A stretch of 64,000 bases of DNA from an uncultured Actinomycetes bacterium. Lineage in GTDB: Bacteria > Actinomycetota > Thermoleophilia > UBA2241. The DNA lies in contig CAVPVX010000007.1 of NCBI GenBank assembly GCA_963709345.1, positions 288,001-352,000 on the forward strand, in the 5' to 3' direction. Every line of letters begins with the position of its first letter. The stretch's first letter is position 1. Made by a program: the position numbers and the translations under genes. This document shows positions 42,667 through 52,385 of this stretch, piece after piece. The notes under the pieces were generated by a model. That model had not been told where the DNA came from. It made no database searches and saw only the letters and a list, made by a program, of their open reading frames with translations.

Positions 42667-43341
42667 TCAGTCGAGACCGACGAGCCCTTCGCGAATGGCG
42701 TATCTGACGAGGTCGGTGACCTTGTGCAGGTCAAGCTTGTCCATGATGTTGCCACGGTGCGTCTCGACCGTCTTGCGGCTGAGGCACAGCAGATCGGCGA
42801 CATCCTGATTGGTGTTGCCTTCGGCGATGAGCTTGAGCACCTCGCGCTCGCGCGCGGTGAGCTCGCCGGCGGCGCGCAGCGCGGACGGCTCGCGCACCAG
42901 GTGTGGGTAGTCCCCGAGCACGGTCTCGAGCCCCTGCGGCTGCAGGACCCGGCCGCCGCTCACGACGGCGCGGACAGCGGCGATCAGGTCCTCCTTGTCG
43001 ACCGTCTTGAGCAAGTAGCCGCCGGCGCCGGCCCGGACAAGTCGGAGCAGGCAGTCCTGGCGATCGTTGCGCGTGAGGACGACGATCCTGAGGTGGGGGT
43101 AGCGCCCCAGCAGCCGATCGGTGAGTTCGAGGCCGTTCATGCGCGGCATGATCGTCTCGGTGACGATGACGTCGGGGTCGCAAGAACCAATGAGGGGCAG
43201 CGCCTCGAGACCGTCGGCGGCTTCGGCGACCACGGTGATGTCCGGCTGCGCCTCGAGCAGCGCCCGCACGCCCTGGCGTTCGATGGCATGGTCGTCGACC
43301 AGCAGTACCCGGATCTCGGCTGGTGGGCCGCTCACACGCAT
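42667..43341 (-). CDS. NarL/LuxR-family response regulator
   Basis: VLLVDDH receiver; LTAREREVLKLIAEG...SRKTVETHR HTH. Confidence 0.9.
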   Translation of the reverse strand: MRVSGPPAEIRVLLVDDHAIERQGVRALLEAQPDITVVAEAADGLEALPLIGSCDPDVIVTETIMPRMNGLELTDRLLGRYPHLRIVVLTRNDRQDCLLRLVRAGAGGYLLKTVDKEDLIAAVRAVVSGGRVLQPQGLETVLGDYPHLVREPSALRAAGELTAREREVLKLIAEGNTNQDVADLLCLSRKTVETHRGNIMDKLDLHKVTDLVRYAIREGLVGLD

Positions 43342-43521
43342 CCCCTTGCCTCGGTCGCGGGTACAGGCTCCATCCACCCCCGACCTTGGTGGTCTTTGCG
43401 AGCGTATTCTAGGGTGTAGACCCGAGGGCGACAATCGCTTGCGCGCGCTGCGGACGCTCCATGCGCGCCGCCGCTTTGCGCGCGCGCTCCCCGTGCCCTA
43501 GAATGCCAAGGCTTCACCCGA

Positions 43522-43597
43522 GCCGACGTAGCTCAGCTGGCAGAGCACTTCACTCGTAATGAAGGGGTCCGCGGTTCGATTCCGCGCGTCGGCTCCA
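43522..43597 (+). tRNA. tRNA-Thr(CGT)
   Basis: CTTCA-CTCGTAA-TGAAG anticodon arm; CCA end. Confidence 0.95.
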
Positions 43598-43926
43598 CTC
43601 CTCTTCCTCTCCGCGCCCGGACGCAGCTTCGGGGCGCCGGCTCCGTCGACGCCGGTGTGCCGGAGCAACAGGCGCAGCGCCGCGGCGGCCAGGTACCCGC
43701 GGCCCCGGCGACGTACCAGCACACGACCTACGCAGCGCACCCTGCAGGGAACGCAGATCGAGTCGGGGAGCGCCATCGTCGTCATCCGTTGACGGGCGGA
43801 CCGGCCCCGTACGCGGCAACGGCCGGTGCGAGCTTGCCTGGCGAGAGGCGAGCGTCACACCGGCCGCGTAAGAGTCTACCACGTGAGGTGCGTTACGGGC
43901 TTGGCCCGCCGCGCCCGGCCCCACGC

Positions 43927-44364
43927 CTACTTGACGCCGTTCAACGCCTCCTGAGCGCCGGGGTCGTCCATCGTGTAGTTGTCATCGCTGGATGAGCCGG
44001 GTGTGGGCCACTGCGTCGTCTTCTCGGCGACGTCGTCGACCACCCAGATCATTGAGCTTGCGTCGAGGAACTTGGTCGCCCATACGCCGACCTGCTCGCC
44101 CTCGGACGAGTCGAACTTCACGGCCACGAAGTAGCCGCCGGCGACGTTCTTCGACTCGGCGACAGCGGCCGCCACGGGCTTCATGTCGACGCCCTCGAAC
44201 TGGCCTTCGGCGATGGCGCTCATCATGACTTCCGCCTCCGTCGCGGCGGACGAGGACGGGCTCGGCGAAGCGTCGTCACCAGATGAACCGCAGCCGAGCA
44301 GCAGCCCTGAGCCGAGGGCGAGTGCAGCGGCGAACGCGAGGAGACGCAAAGAACGGAGTGTCAT
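43927..44364 (-). CDS. Hypothetical lipoprotein
   Basis: MTLRSLRLLAFAAALALGSGLLLGC lipobox; ends in TAG. Confidence 0.7.
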   Translation of the reverse strand: MTLRSLRLLAFAAALALGSGLLLGCGSSGDDASPSPSSSAATEAEVMMSAIAEGQFEGVDMKPVAAAVAESKNVAGGYFVAVKFDSSEGEQVGVWATKFLDASSMIWVVDDVAEKTTQWPTPGSSSDDNYTMDDPGAQEALNGVK

Positions 44365-44649
44365 GGGGAGATCCTTCCGATCGAGGTCGGAGAAGCTTAC
44401 CAGCCGGAGCGGCCCACTGCAGCCCGGGCACGGCAGAAGCCGGCGCCACGCGGGTGACACCGGCTTCTGCCGATCTCTGGGTACGACGTGGTCAGCGCGG
44501 CCGGCGGGCGGCCGCACCCCCTGCAGCGCGTACGACCCGCCGCGACCTGTGCTTCCCTGAGACTTTTCGGTCAATCGTGTGCATATTCGCAGTCCAGATT
44601 CGATAGAATCCCCTATAGTGAATCCATACCCCCCCTGAAGGAGACGTTC

Positions 44650-45930
44650 ATGGCGCACGCAGAGAACTTCGAGAGAGCCCTCCAGGTGGGCCGACCTCCC
44701 ACCATCAAGGCCCTGTTCCCGAACTCCAAGGCGCTGCTCGTCAGCGGCAAGGTCATCGACCGGGCGATGCGGGCCAAAGGCAACGCCATCGCGATGGCGG
44801 CCAACGGACGCAACTCCTTCGTCATCCGTGGGGCGCTGCGGGCCGCGCAGAGGGCCAACGCCGCGCTCATCATCGAGATCGCCAAGTCCGAAGGCGGGCA
44901 GAAGGCGTACTGCCCGGTGAACTACTGGAACATGGCGCGCATCGTCGACGCCCTGTGCAACGAGATGGGCATCACGATTCCCGTGGCCATCCACGCCGAC
45001 CACTACGGCATGAAGAACGACGCGGACCTCGCGCAGGCCATGGTCGAGGTCCCCACCATGTTCGAGGCGGGCATCACGTCCATCGCCATCGACGCCTCCC
45101 ACCAGCCCAACGACCAGAACCTGCTCGCCAACCTCGCCGTCAGCCCGTGCATCCCGGCCTGGGCCGGTCTGGAGACCGAGATCGGGGAGATCAAGGGCTC
45201 CACCGGGCTCTCCACGCCGGACGAGGCGCTGTTCCTCATCCAGGGGCTCAACGCGCACGGCATCTTCGCCGACTGGATCGCGCTCAACAACGGGACCACG
45301 CACGGCCTCGAGGCGTCCGACGCCGGCATCCAGGTCGAGCTCACCGCCGCCGTCCATGAGGCCCTCACGCCCTACAACGTCAGCGGCGCCCAGCACGGCA
45401 CGTCGGGCAACAGCTCAGAGCGGCTTCGCGAGATCGCAGCCAAGACGCACACCACCAAGGCCAACGTGGCCACGGCCCTCCAGATGATCTCCTGGGGCCT
45501 CGAGGTCAACGACTACGGCAACGCCCAGCTCAGCCCCGACGGTGAGTTCATCAAGGTGGAAGGCGAGGGCGTGACCGAAGAGATGTGGGCCGAGGTGGTC
45601 GCCTACGCCGACGAGAAGGGCTGGAAGAAGGGCAACTACAAGAACCTCAACCTCCCCTTCGAGAACCGGTTCCTGGCGCAGCCCGCGGAGGTCCGCGAGC
45701 GGATGGCCAGGCGCGTCGAGGACTTCGCCTACAAGATGATGACCGATGTGCTGGGCACGGGAGACACCGCGCCGCTCGCCGTCGAGGCGATCCTCGAGGC
45801 CGGGTCCTACGACCTCGGGGCCAAGGTCGGGCGCATCGAGGATCCGGCCGAGTGGACCGACGCCAAGATCGTGGAGCGGGCGAAGTCGCTGGACGTCGAC
45901 AAGGGTGCAGAAGGCGACTTCGACGATTGA
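44650..45930 (+). CDS. fba: Class II fructose-bisphosphate aldolase
   Basis: AIHADH, IDAS, ETEIGEI, NNGTTHG, AQHGTSG, KANVAT; GAAGGAG RBS. Confidence 0.85.
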   Translation: MAHAENFERALQVGRPPTIKALFPNSKALLVSGKVIDRAMRAKGNAIAMAANGRNSFVIRGALRAAQRANAALIIEIAKSEGGQKAYCPVNYWNMARIVDALCNEMGITIPVAIHADHYGMKNDADLAQAMVEVPTMFEAGITSIAIDASHQPNDQNLLANLAVSPCIPAWAGLETEIGEIKGSTGLSTPDEALFLIQGLNAHGIFADWIALNNGTTHGLEASDAGIQVELTAAVHEALTPYNVSGAQHGTSGNSSERLREIAAKTHTTKANVATALQMISWGLEVNDYGNAQLSPDGEFIKVEGEGVTEEMWAEVVAYADEKGWKKGNYKNLNLPFENRFLAQPAEVRERMARRVEDFAYKMMTDVLGTGDTAPLAVEAILEAGSYDLGAKVGRIEDPAEWTDAKIVERAKSLDVDKGAEGDFDD

Positions 45931-46072
45931 CCGGCGTCGTCTCGTCGCGTTGAGGCGCCCCGCAGGCGCACGCCACAGCGGCGGGGCACTCCCCGAGCGT
46001 GGTGCGCGGCGCCGGCGGGCGCCGCTGAAAGAGCAGACGAGCGCGGCGGCCGGCTGAAGCCGGCCGCCGCGC

Positions 46073-46906
46073 TCACTCCTTGGCCGCCTCTCCCCCGCTC
46101 TCCGCCGGCGCGAACACCGTCGTCTCGCCCGGCCGCAGCACGCGTACGTCGACCTCCGGCGCAAGGTGCGCCGCATGCCGGGCGAAGGCGTGTGGCCACT
46201 CGGCCCACTTGGCGTTGAACTCCGGCGGCAGCCACGGCGGGTAGATGGTGCCCCAGTGCACGGGCACGCACGCGGCCGGCCGCAGCAACTGCAGCGCTCT
46301 GGCCGCCGAAAGCGGGTTCAGGTGGTCGTCGGGCAGCCGCGGGCCCCAGCCACCGACGGGCAGCACTGCGACGTCGATCGGCGCCAGGTCACGCATGCCG
46401 TCGTACAGGCCGGTGTCGCCGGCGAAGTAGGCGCTGAGCCCGCCGACGACGACGTAGCCAAGGGCGGCCGACTCCGCGGCAAGCGGGTACCGGATGCCGG
46501 CGTGGTCCGCGGGGACGGCCTTCACGCGCACGCGTGCGGAACCGGAAGACCCGACCGCGCCCGCCGGGCCGATCTCCACCTCGTCCCCCACGTCCATCTC
46601 GAGCGGCACGAAGCCGAGCCGTCGCAGCAGGTTGCCGAGGCCACGGGGCACCACGACCGGCGTGCGCCGGTCGATGAGCCGCAGCGACGGCACATCCAGG
46701 TGGTCGAGGTGGGCGTGCGAGATGAGGACGGCGTCGAGGTCGCGCCGCACATCCGGCGGCGGGACGGGGCTGCGCCGGATCAGGACGCCGATCCTCCGGC
46801 GCAGCAGTGGGTCGGTGAGCAACCGCACGCCATCCAGCTCGAGGAGCACCGTCGAGTGCCCCGCGAACGTGAGCGAGAGAGAGGACGTCTCCGTGTGTGT
46901 GCCCAT
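46073..46906 (-). CDS. MBL-fold hydrolase (UlaG/RomA-like)
   Basis: GHST, TDP, SHAHLDHLD, FAGDT, PVHWGT. Confidence 0.85.
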   Translation of the reverse strand: MGTHTETSSLSLTFAGHSTVLLELDGVRLLTDPLLRRRIGVLIRRSPVPPPDVRRDLDAVLISHAHLDHLDVPSLRLIDRRTPVVVPRGLGNLLRRLGFVPLEMDVGDEVEIGPAGAVGSSGSARVRVKAVPADHAGIRYPLAAESAALGYVVVGGLSAYFAGDTGLYDGMRDLAPIDVAVLPVGGWGPRLPDDHLNPLSAARALQLLRPAACVPVHWGTIYPPWLPPEFNAKWAEWPHAFARHAAHLAPEVDVRVLRPGETTVFAPAESGGEAAKE

Positions 46907-46935
46907 GCCGCAACCCTACCCGAGGCGGGCGGCGC

Positions 46936-48325
46936 TCAGCGGTCGGCGGCGGCCTCCAGCCCGCCGGCGGCGTCGCGCCGCGACAGCCCGAGCAGCGCCG
47001 CGATGTTCGCCTTCGCCTCTTGCGGGCTGGGATCGTGCGGGTAGGTCGTCTCCGACTCGAAGAGCCGCCCCAGCCGCCGCTCGCCGCGGACCTCGTGCAT
47101 GGTGAGCGGGTCGCTGAGGTCGGCGACCGCGACGCCGAGCGCGCCGGCCACCGTCCGCTTCGCGTCTGCCAGTCTCATGCCCTTGGCCATCTCGAGCCGC
47201 GCCACCAGATCTCCGGCGGCGCGCAGCCCGTTCATTCCCGAGGCCACGGCATGGGCGACCGGCATCCCGAAGGAGTCGCCCGACCCGACCTACAAACCGT
47301 CCAGGTGCAGGATGTCGACGCAGGCACGCGAGCACCGTGAGATCGCGTCGACGGGCGCGAATGCGTTCATGGGCACGCCGCCCACGCCCATGCCGACGTT
47401 GGCGTGCACGGGGATCTTCGCGACCGCCATGCACGGCTTCATGAAGGTGAGCGCACGAGCCGTGTTCCACGCGACTGTGCGGCTCGTGTTCACGTTGACG
47501 GCCGGCCCGAAGACGGTGGCGCCGGCCTCCTGCACCACTTCGAGCTGGCCGGCGGGCTTGAGCCCGGCCAGCCGCACGCCCTTGTACTCGAGCTGCCCGT
47601 GCGTGCCGAGCACGAACTCGCCGGACATGCCGACCATGATGCCCATGTCCGGGTACTTCGCGCGCAGCCGCTCCACGGCGAGCAGCGTCGCGAGGAAGTC
47701 GGCGTCACCGCCGGCGCCGGCGGTGTCGAAGTTGATGCCGTCGGCGCCGGCCTCCCACATCTGCCCCGCCACGTACAGCATGTCGTCGACGGCCAGCTCC
47801 ACCGCGGTTTCCTGAGCGGCGCGCGCCTCGTCGATCCGCATCGCCGGGAGCAGCTCCGACCAGTTGCCGCAGGGGCCGTCGGGCTCGGAGTAGCGCCCAA
47901 GGTCCGGCTGCGCACCGTAGTGTACCGGGATAGTGACGCGCTCCTGGGCCTCCTTCATCGCCTGCTGCTCGGAGCCGACGATGGTCTTGACGGCCTTGTA
48001 CGAGTAGTCGATGTGGTAGAGCTCGCAGGAGTCCGATGCGAAGCATTGCTCGTACTGCAGCAGAGCGTCGACCCGACTGCCCTGCTGCTGCGTGCCGGTG
48101 CCGTCGAAGCTGAGGACGACTTCGTCGCCGATGTCCACAGCACTGAAGCGCGCCGAAGTCGCGAAGATATCCAGAAGGTGCTCGAGCTCGGCGTCCTCGA
48201 GCGGCGGCGACTTGGCCCGAGCTGGCCGCCGCCTCCGTGCCCTCCTCGACCTCGGCGCGCAGCTGACTGCGCGTCAGCGCCACTCCCGAGCCGTCGCCGA
48301 GCCGTGTGATGATCGTCGCTTCCAC
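46936..48325 (-). pseudogene. mtbB: Dimethylamine methyltransferase MtbB-family copy 1: in-frame TAG (Pyl) at 47290-47292 plus a +1 frameshift near 48223
   Basis: IITRLGDG N-terminus; YGAQPDLGRY; VNVNTS; GMGVGGVPM; LDGL-TAG-VGSGDSFGM...GLRAAGDLVAR. The N-terminal ~34 codons are one base out of frame. Confidence 0.82.
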
Positions 48326-48497
48326 CGTGTTTCCCCCCTCGCATGTGCGGGCGCGCCGGCGCGGACCGGCCGACCGCGCCGTCCCGGAAGATGCTACGCA
48401 GAGATCCCGCATCGGGCAATGGCTGATTGTGCGGCAAACCTCGCGTGCCGGTCGCGCGAACCTGCTCCCCCCGCATGCGAACGGCCAGAGCGACGCC

Positions 48498-48560
48498 TTG
48501 ACACTCCGGCGACGCACTCGGTATCGTGCGGGGACCATCGCGTTAGTTATGTGAACAACC
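48498..48560 (+). promoter_or_regulatory. Promoter and operator of mtbB copy 2
   Basis: TTGACA(48498)-N18-TATCGT; GTTAGTTATGTGAACAAC at 48542-48559 resembles the palindrome at 52337. Confidence 0.55.
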
Positions 48561-48601
48561 AAATCCACTCGTCCAACGCCCGCGGGCGCCCGGGAGGGAC
48601 C

Positions 48602-49990
48602 ATGGCACAGCGCATCCCGACACGGCTCGGCGACGGCTCGCTCGCCGAGCTCACGCGAGCCGAGATCGAGACCGACCTGCACGCCGGGACTGAGGCGGCG
48701 GTCAAGCGAGCGAAGGTCGAGCCGCTCGCCCAGGGTGAACTCGACCACCTGCTCGACATCTTCACCTCCCCGGCCAAGTTCACCTCGGTGGACTACGGCG
48801 ACGAGGTGATCCTCGGGTTCGACGGCTCGGGCAACGCCGATCTCGGCGCGCCGATCCTCGAGCAGGTCGTCTACCAGAACCATCACGGCGCCGACATGAT
48901 CGAGCTCTGGCATCACGACTACTCGTACAAGGCCGTGCGCACGGTGCTCTCGTTCCAGACGCAGATGCTCAAGGACGCGCAGTTGCAGACGGTGATCCCG
49001 CTCAACTACGGCGCCATGCCCGACCTGGGGCGGTACTCGCAGCCCGACGGCCCCTGCCCCAACTGGTCGGAGCTCATGCCGCTGGGCAAGATCGCGGAGG
49101 CGCGGACCGCGCAGGAGGAGGCGGTCGAGCACGCCGAGCGCGACATGTGGTGCGTGGCCGAGGCGATGGTCGCCGCCGGCGCCGACGGCCTCGACTTCGA
49201 CACGGCCGGCGCGTCCGGCGACGCCGATCTGCTGGCCACACTCAACGTCACTCGGAGGATCCGTGAGACGTGGCCCGACATCGGCGTCGAGATCGGCCAG
49301 GCCGCCGAGCTCGTGCTCGGCATGCACGGTCAGCTCGAGTTCGACGGCGACCGGCTGGCCGGCCAGTGGCCGCTCGGGCAGCTCCGCGCCTGCACCGCCG
49401 CCGGCGCCACCATCTTCGGGCCGGCGGTCAATGTGAACACGACGAAGTCGCTGGCCTGGAACACCGCTCGCGCCTGCACGCTCGTGAAGCCGGTGACCGC
49501 CGAGGCCACCATCCCCGTCCACATGAACGCCGGGATGGGTGTCGGCGGCGTCCCGATGACACCGTATCCTCCGAGCGACGCCACGTCGCGCGCCTCCAAG
49601 GCGCTCGTCGACATCCTCAAGCTCGACGGGTTGTAGGTCGGCATCGGAGACCCCCTCGGGATGGCCTCCTCACACGCGCTCGCCTCGGGCATGGGCGGGA
49701 TGCGGACCGCCGGAGATCTGGTGGCCCGCATGCAGATGACCCGGGGAATGCGCCTTCCGCAGGCCAAGCAGTACGTCGCCGACAAGCTCGGCTGCTCGGT
49801 GCTCGACCTCAGCGACACCGTGGCGATGCACGACATCCGCCGCGACCTCGGCCTCGGCCGCATCCAGGTGCAGGACCTGACGTACGCCGACCACCCGGGC
49901 GCGATGGAGGCGAAGTTCCACATCGCCGACGTTCTCGGCATCCCGATCAACTCCGTGGAGTGCTTCAAAAGGCACGCCGGCGTGAAATAG
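48602..49990 (+). CDS. mtbB: MtbB-family copy 2, in-frame TAG (Pyl) at 49634-49636 (codon 345)
   Basis: IPTRLGDG...YGAMPDLG...LKLDGL-TAG-VGIGDPLGM...GMRTAGDLVARMQ...AKFHIADVLGIPINS, matching MtbB DGI-O-IGVGDPLGM. Confidence 0.92.
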
Positions 49991-50062
49991 CCGGCGTCGA
50001 AGGGCCGGCCCGCCGCCGGCCCGCCGCGAGCGCCACTGCGACGAAAGACAGCGAGGACGACG

Positions 50063-51533
50063 ATGGCTTCTCAGCTGGACCTCAGCACACGGCAGCCGCT
50101 GCTGCCGCTCGGCTCCGACTTCAAAGTGACGTTCTACGACGCGGCGCGTCTGGACCGCTACCGCGACGCCGTCCTGACGGTGCTCGAGCGCACCGGCGTG
50201 CGCTTCGGCTCGCCGAAGGCGCTCGCCGTCCTCGAGGAGCACGGCGCCGAGGTCGACCGCGCGTCCGGAGTCGTGCGCTTCGCGCCCGACCTCGTGGGGC
50301 GCGCGCTCGCGAGCGCCCCGCGCGACTTCTGGCTCGGCTCCCGCGACGGCACGCTCGACCTCGACCTCGCCGGCGACGAGACCTTCAACACGACCAACGG
50401 CTGCGGCACCGAGGTGATCGACTGGCGGACCGGCGTGCGCCGGCCGCCGACCAAGGACGACCTCTCGGCCATCACGCGGATGGTGGACTACCTGGGCTCG
50501 CTCCAGTTCTGGTGGCCCAACGTCGCCGCCGCCGACTGCGGCGACACCCACACCCTGCACGAGCTCGACGCGGCCTGGAACAACACGCAGAAGCACCTCC
50601 AGGGCATGGTGCAGGGCGAGCGCAAGGCGCGCTACGCGGTCGAGATGGCGACGGTGATCGCGGGAGGGGCGGAGCAGCTGCGCCGCCGCCCCCCGATGAG
50701 CGACCTCATCGGCACGGTCCAGCCGCTCGTCAACGACAAGGAAGGCATCGAGGCCGCGCTCGTGTTCGCCGCGGCCGGCATCCCCGTGTGCTTCGTGACC
50801 ATGCCCACCTACGGGACGACGGCGCCGGCGACCAAGGCCGGCGCCCTCGTGATGGGCTTCGCCGAGCTCATCAGCGCCGACGGTGTGCGTGCAGCTGGCG
50901 CATCCCGGCGCCCCGGTCATCCTCTTCCCCCTGCCGGTCCACGCCGACCCGCGCACGGCCGCGCTGGCGACGGCGCCTCTGAACCACCGCGGCCTCTTCC
51001 TGCCCGGCGAGCTCGTCCATCACTTCGGCCTGCCGTCGATGACGGGGTACGCCGGCACCGACGACGACCTGCCCGGCAGCTGGCTGGCCGCGGCGGAGAC
51101 GGCGCACACGGTCATGCTCGCCGGCATCGTCGGCTCGGAATTGATGACCACCATCGGCCTCACCAACCGGTACCAGCTGTTCACGCCCGAGCACATGATG
51201 CTCGACGACGACCTCTACCGGCGCGCGACGAGCGCGTTTCGCGACCTGGAACTGGACGAGGAGACGCTGGCGCTCGACGTCATCGACGCCGTCGGGCCCG
51301 GCGGGCACTTCCTGGGACAGCCGCACACCCGCCGTCACATGAAGGAGACCGTGGAGCGCTCGATCGGTCAGGAGATCGGCCCGGACGGCGCGCACCTGCG
51401 GGATGCGCTCGAGGTCGCGCGCGAGCGCGGCCTCGACATCCTCGAGAACTACGCGCCGGAGCCGCTGGACGCGGCCAAGGCGGCGGAACTCGCGAGGATC
51501 TGCGCCGCCGCGGACGCGGAACTGCGCGGGTAG
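50063..51533 (+). pseudogene. Non-Pyl MttB-superfamily methyltransferase with a +1 frameshift near 50879
   Basis: VLERTGV, ALASAP, GTTAPAT, LALDVIDAVGPGGHFLGQPHT; one extra G (AGCGCC-G-ACGGTG) relative to the paralog at 55919. Confidence 0.8.
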
Positions 51534-51601
51534 GGCGGCGGGGCAGGGCGCTGAGCCACAGCCCGCGGTCGGACCGCGAGCTGCTCAGCCGAAGCCCGGG
51601 G

Positions 51602-52222
51602 TCAGTCCGGGTCGCCGCCAGACTCGACGTACCCGAACACCAGACGCCGCCAGAGATCGAAGGCGGGGCCGACGTCGAGGTCGGGGTCGGCCTGCACCTG
51701 CAAGGCGACTCCGTCGGCGATGGCCACGGTGAGCATCGCCAGCGGCTCGATGTGAGCGGGCGGCTCCTTGTCCACCGCATCCTTGAGCGCCCAGGCGTCG
51801 AGGCGTCGGTACCACTCGAAGAGGTCGCGCAGATGCGGCCGCAGGTGCTCGTCGCGGATGACGTGAGGGATGACCTCGAAGAACATGCGGTACGCATCCC
51901 GGTCTTTCGGCAGACCCTCGTGCAGGCGCATGAGCTGCGTCCGCCGCTCGTCCCCCGCCGGCACCGTCGTCAGCTGCTCGATGAGGTCCACGCTCTCCTG
52001 GTAGAGCACCGAGTCGACCAGCGCCGTAAGCAGACCCGCCTTGTTGCCGAAGTGGTAGCGGATCAGAGCGGGGTTCTCTCCGGCCTCGCGAGCGATGGTC
52101 GAGAACGTCAGCGCGCGAAACCCGTCGCGAAACAGCACGCGCTTGGCGGCGTCCAGGATGCGCACCGCCGTCGGCGGCAGATCCGGCGTTGGATCGCTTA
52201 TCGGCAGCTCGTACCTTCCCAT
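51602..52222 (-). CDS. TetR-family regulator
   Basis: RILDAAKRVL...TIAREAG...IRYHFGNK. Confidence 0.9.
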   Translation of the reverse strand: MGRYELPISDPTPDLPPTAVRILDAAKRVLFRDGFRALTFSTIAREAGENPALIRYHFGNKAGLLTALVDSVLYQESVDLIEQLTTVPAGDERRTQLMRLHEGLPKDRDAYRMFFEVIPHVIRDEHLRPHLRDLFEWYRRLDAWALKDAVDKEPPAHIEPLAMLTVAIADGVALQVQADPDLDVGPAFDLWRRLVFGYVESGGDPD

Positions 52223-52300
52223 CGCCCCGCCCCTTTCTGCACGCGCGGCGCCTCCCGGGGCGCCGGCGCCCCGGCCGGCGCCGTGCGCAAGCGCCGACGC

Positions 52301-52356
52301 TTGACAGCCTCCGGTCGTCTGCTAGTCTACCGCATCAGTTAGTTGTGTGACTAACT
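52301..52356 (+). promoter_or_regulatory. Promoter and palindromic operator of the mtbB3-mttB-corrinoid operon
   Basis: TTGACA(52301); TGnTAGTCT extended -10 (52320-52328); AGTTAGT-TGTGTG-ACTAACT (52337-52356) next to the divergent tetR. Confidence 0.65.
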
Positions 52357-52385
52357 AATCATCGCCTTCACCCTGGAGGTACCAT

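Noticed and set aside
39269-43597. Two similar tRNA-Thr genes flanking the decayed region as attL/attR of an island
   Set aside because: Both are complete tRNAs with different anticodons, and no integrase is present
44575-44592. Weak Rex-like site upstream of fba
   Set aside because: Too many mismatches to the consensus
49661-49990. Short ORFs after each amber (also 46936-47265, 53421-53783, 54862-55281, 60603-60953, 62478-62789) as separate small genes
   Set aside because: They are the in-frame C-terminal parts of MtbB/MttB
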